Positions 18,221-18,787 of a DNA stretch of 18,787 bases are shown here, piece after piece (position 1 is the stretch's first letter; each line of letters begins with the position of its first letter). The DNA lies in UHGV virus genome UHGV-0373676. One strand, written 5' to 3'. Position numbers and translations under genes: made by a program. The notes below the pieces were generated by a model, which was not told the DNA's origin, did no database searches, and saw only the letters and a program-made list of their open reading frames with translations. The DNA is from a virus.

Positions 18221-18340
18221 ATGTACTCCAATGAAGAAGCCACCGACATAGCCTCCTCCATTCATCGTGAAACTATTTTCATCTACCCAGTAATGAATTC
18301 TTTGTAGAGTTGTGATCAATACAACTCACTAATGGAGAGG

Positions 18341-18362
18341 CTTGTCCAACACGTTGGACAAG
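18341..18362. repeat. Perfect 22-bp palindrome CTTGTCCAAC-AC-GTTGGACAAG; putative regulator-binding site or hairpin
   Basis: 10-bp perfect inverted arms around a 2-bp spacer, in the AT-rich intergenic region upstream of HNH; followed on the plus strand by a T-rich tract (TTTCCTGTTTGATTT). Confidence 0.5.
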
Positions 18363-18442
18363 TTTCCTGTTTGATTTACTGGACACTATAGAAGGACAGA
18401 ATGCCTTCATCACTCGAATAACATCAATTAAGGAGGTTCAAC

Positions 18443-18565
18443 ATGTTTCATTCCACAAATCATCAGGCTGTAATTATGGCTGCATCAGCTTGTGCCACAG
18501 ACCTTTTCCGCTTCACTTTAAGCCTGATTCATTTCTACCTGACCGGCTCGCCTCTATCTTTTTAA
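18443..18565 (+). CDS. Hypothetical 40-aa ORF with a consensus Shine-Dalgarno
   Basis: TAAGGAGGT at 18429-18437, ATG at 18443, TAA at 18563-18565; MFHSTNHQAVIMAASACATDLFRFTLSLIHFYLTGSPLSF; no homolog recognised. Confidence 0.3.
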   Translation: MFHSTNHQAVIMAASACATDLFRFTLSLIHFYLTGSPLSF

Positions 18566-18730
18566 TCCCCGCTTTATCCAAATTGCATTGCCATAATGCC
18601 GACAACAGACTGACATTCAAATCCTGACTACCTCCAATAGTCTGACCGTACACCTATATAGTTTTAATTTTCATCAATCCATTTAACTATCGTTTAATTG
18701 TTGTCACATAGGATTCTGCCGTTTTTAACA

Positions 18731-18787
18731 ATGCAGGATAATAAGATGAAAAAAATGTTGTTTTCTGCCGCTCTGGCAATGCTTATT
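18731..18787 (+). CDS. 5' end of an iss/bor-family lipoprotein gene (serum-resistance type); continues beyond the window
   Basis: Reads MQDNKMKKMLFSAALAMLI... from the ATG at 18731, with an alternative start at 18746 (MKKMLF...); this matches the Iss/Bor signal-peptide N-terminus as I recall it; on the opposite strand to the late genes, as bor is in lambda. Confidence 0.55.
   Translation, partial: MQDNKMKKMLFSAALAMLI

Larger units (their letters stand above)
1..18787. mobile_element. Prophage late/structural region (HK97-type head genes plus Mu-type contractile tail), partial; neither attachment site is in the window
   Basis: Continuous minus-strand operon of terminase, portal, protease, capsid, sheath, tube, tape measure and baseplate genes with overlapping stop/start codons; accessory AT-rich segments at both ends and one internal. 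Confidence 0.85.

Noticed and set aside
18043-18261. Minus-strand ORF of 72 aa in another frame over the HNH gene
   Set aside because: Embedded in a different frame within the HNH endonuclease coding region, which carries the conserved HNH motifs; treated as a shadow ORF.
18221-18319. N-terminal extension of the HNH ORF (MITTLQRIHYWVDENSFTMNGGGYVGGFFIGVH)
   Set aside because: No ribosome-binding site at 18319 or at the second ATG (18265), whereas the ATG at 18220 has GGAG and yields a typical-length HNH protein; low confidence either way.
1-18787. Scan for CRISPR arrays, tRNA/rRNA genes, IS elements and attachment-site direct repeats
   Set aside because: No regularly spaced direct repeats, no cloverleaf-like GC-rich 75-90 nt segments in the few intergenic regions, and no transposase-like ORFs; both window ends fall inside prophage or accessory DNA, so attachment sites are presumably outside the window.

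Overview
The window is almost entirely the late (virion morphogenesis) region of an integrated enterobacterial temperate phage, transcribed on the minus strand. It pairs HK97-type packaging and head genes with a Mu-type contractile tail and baseplate, an SfV/e14-like mosaic. Reading right to left: HNH endonuclease, a GC-rich symmetric element that may be cos, terminase small and large subunits, a small two-helix membrane ORF, portal, prohead protease, major capsid, head-tail connector proteins, sheath, tube, a tail chaperone with a -1 frameshift site, tape measure, DNA-circulation protein, baseplate hub, spike, gp46-, gp47(J)- and gp48-like proteins, and a short tail fibre. The main non-structural insertion is an AT-rich single-gene moron between tape measure and the DNA-circulation gene, encoding a bacterial PH-domain-like protein with its own promoter-like and terminator signals. 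The left edge holds an AT-rich partial plus-strand ORF converging on and overlapping the tail-fibre gene; the right edge holds an AT-rich region with a perfect 22-bp palindrome, a 40-codon ORF with a consensus Shine-Dalgarno, and the start of an iss/bor-like lipoprotein gene. No rRNA, tRNA, CRISPR array or IS element was seen. All protein identifications come from reading the supplied translations and recognising motifs from memory; no database search or computation was run, and GC values are rough hand counts.
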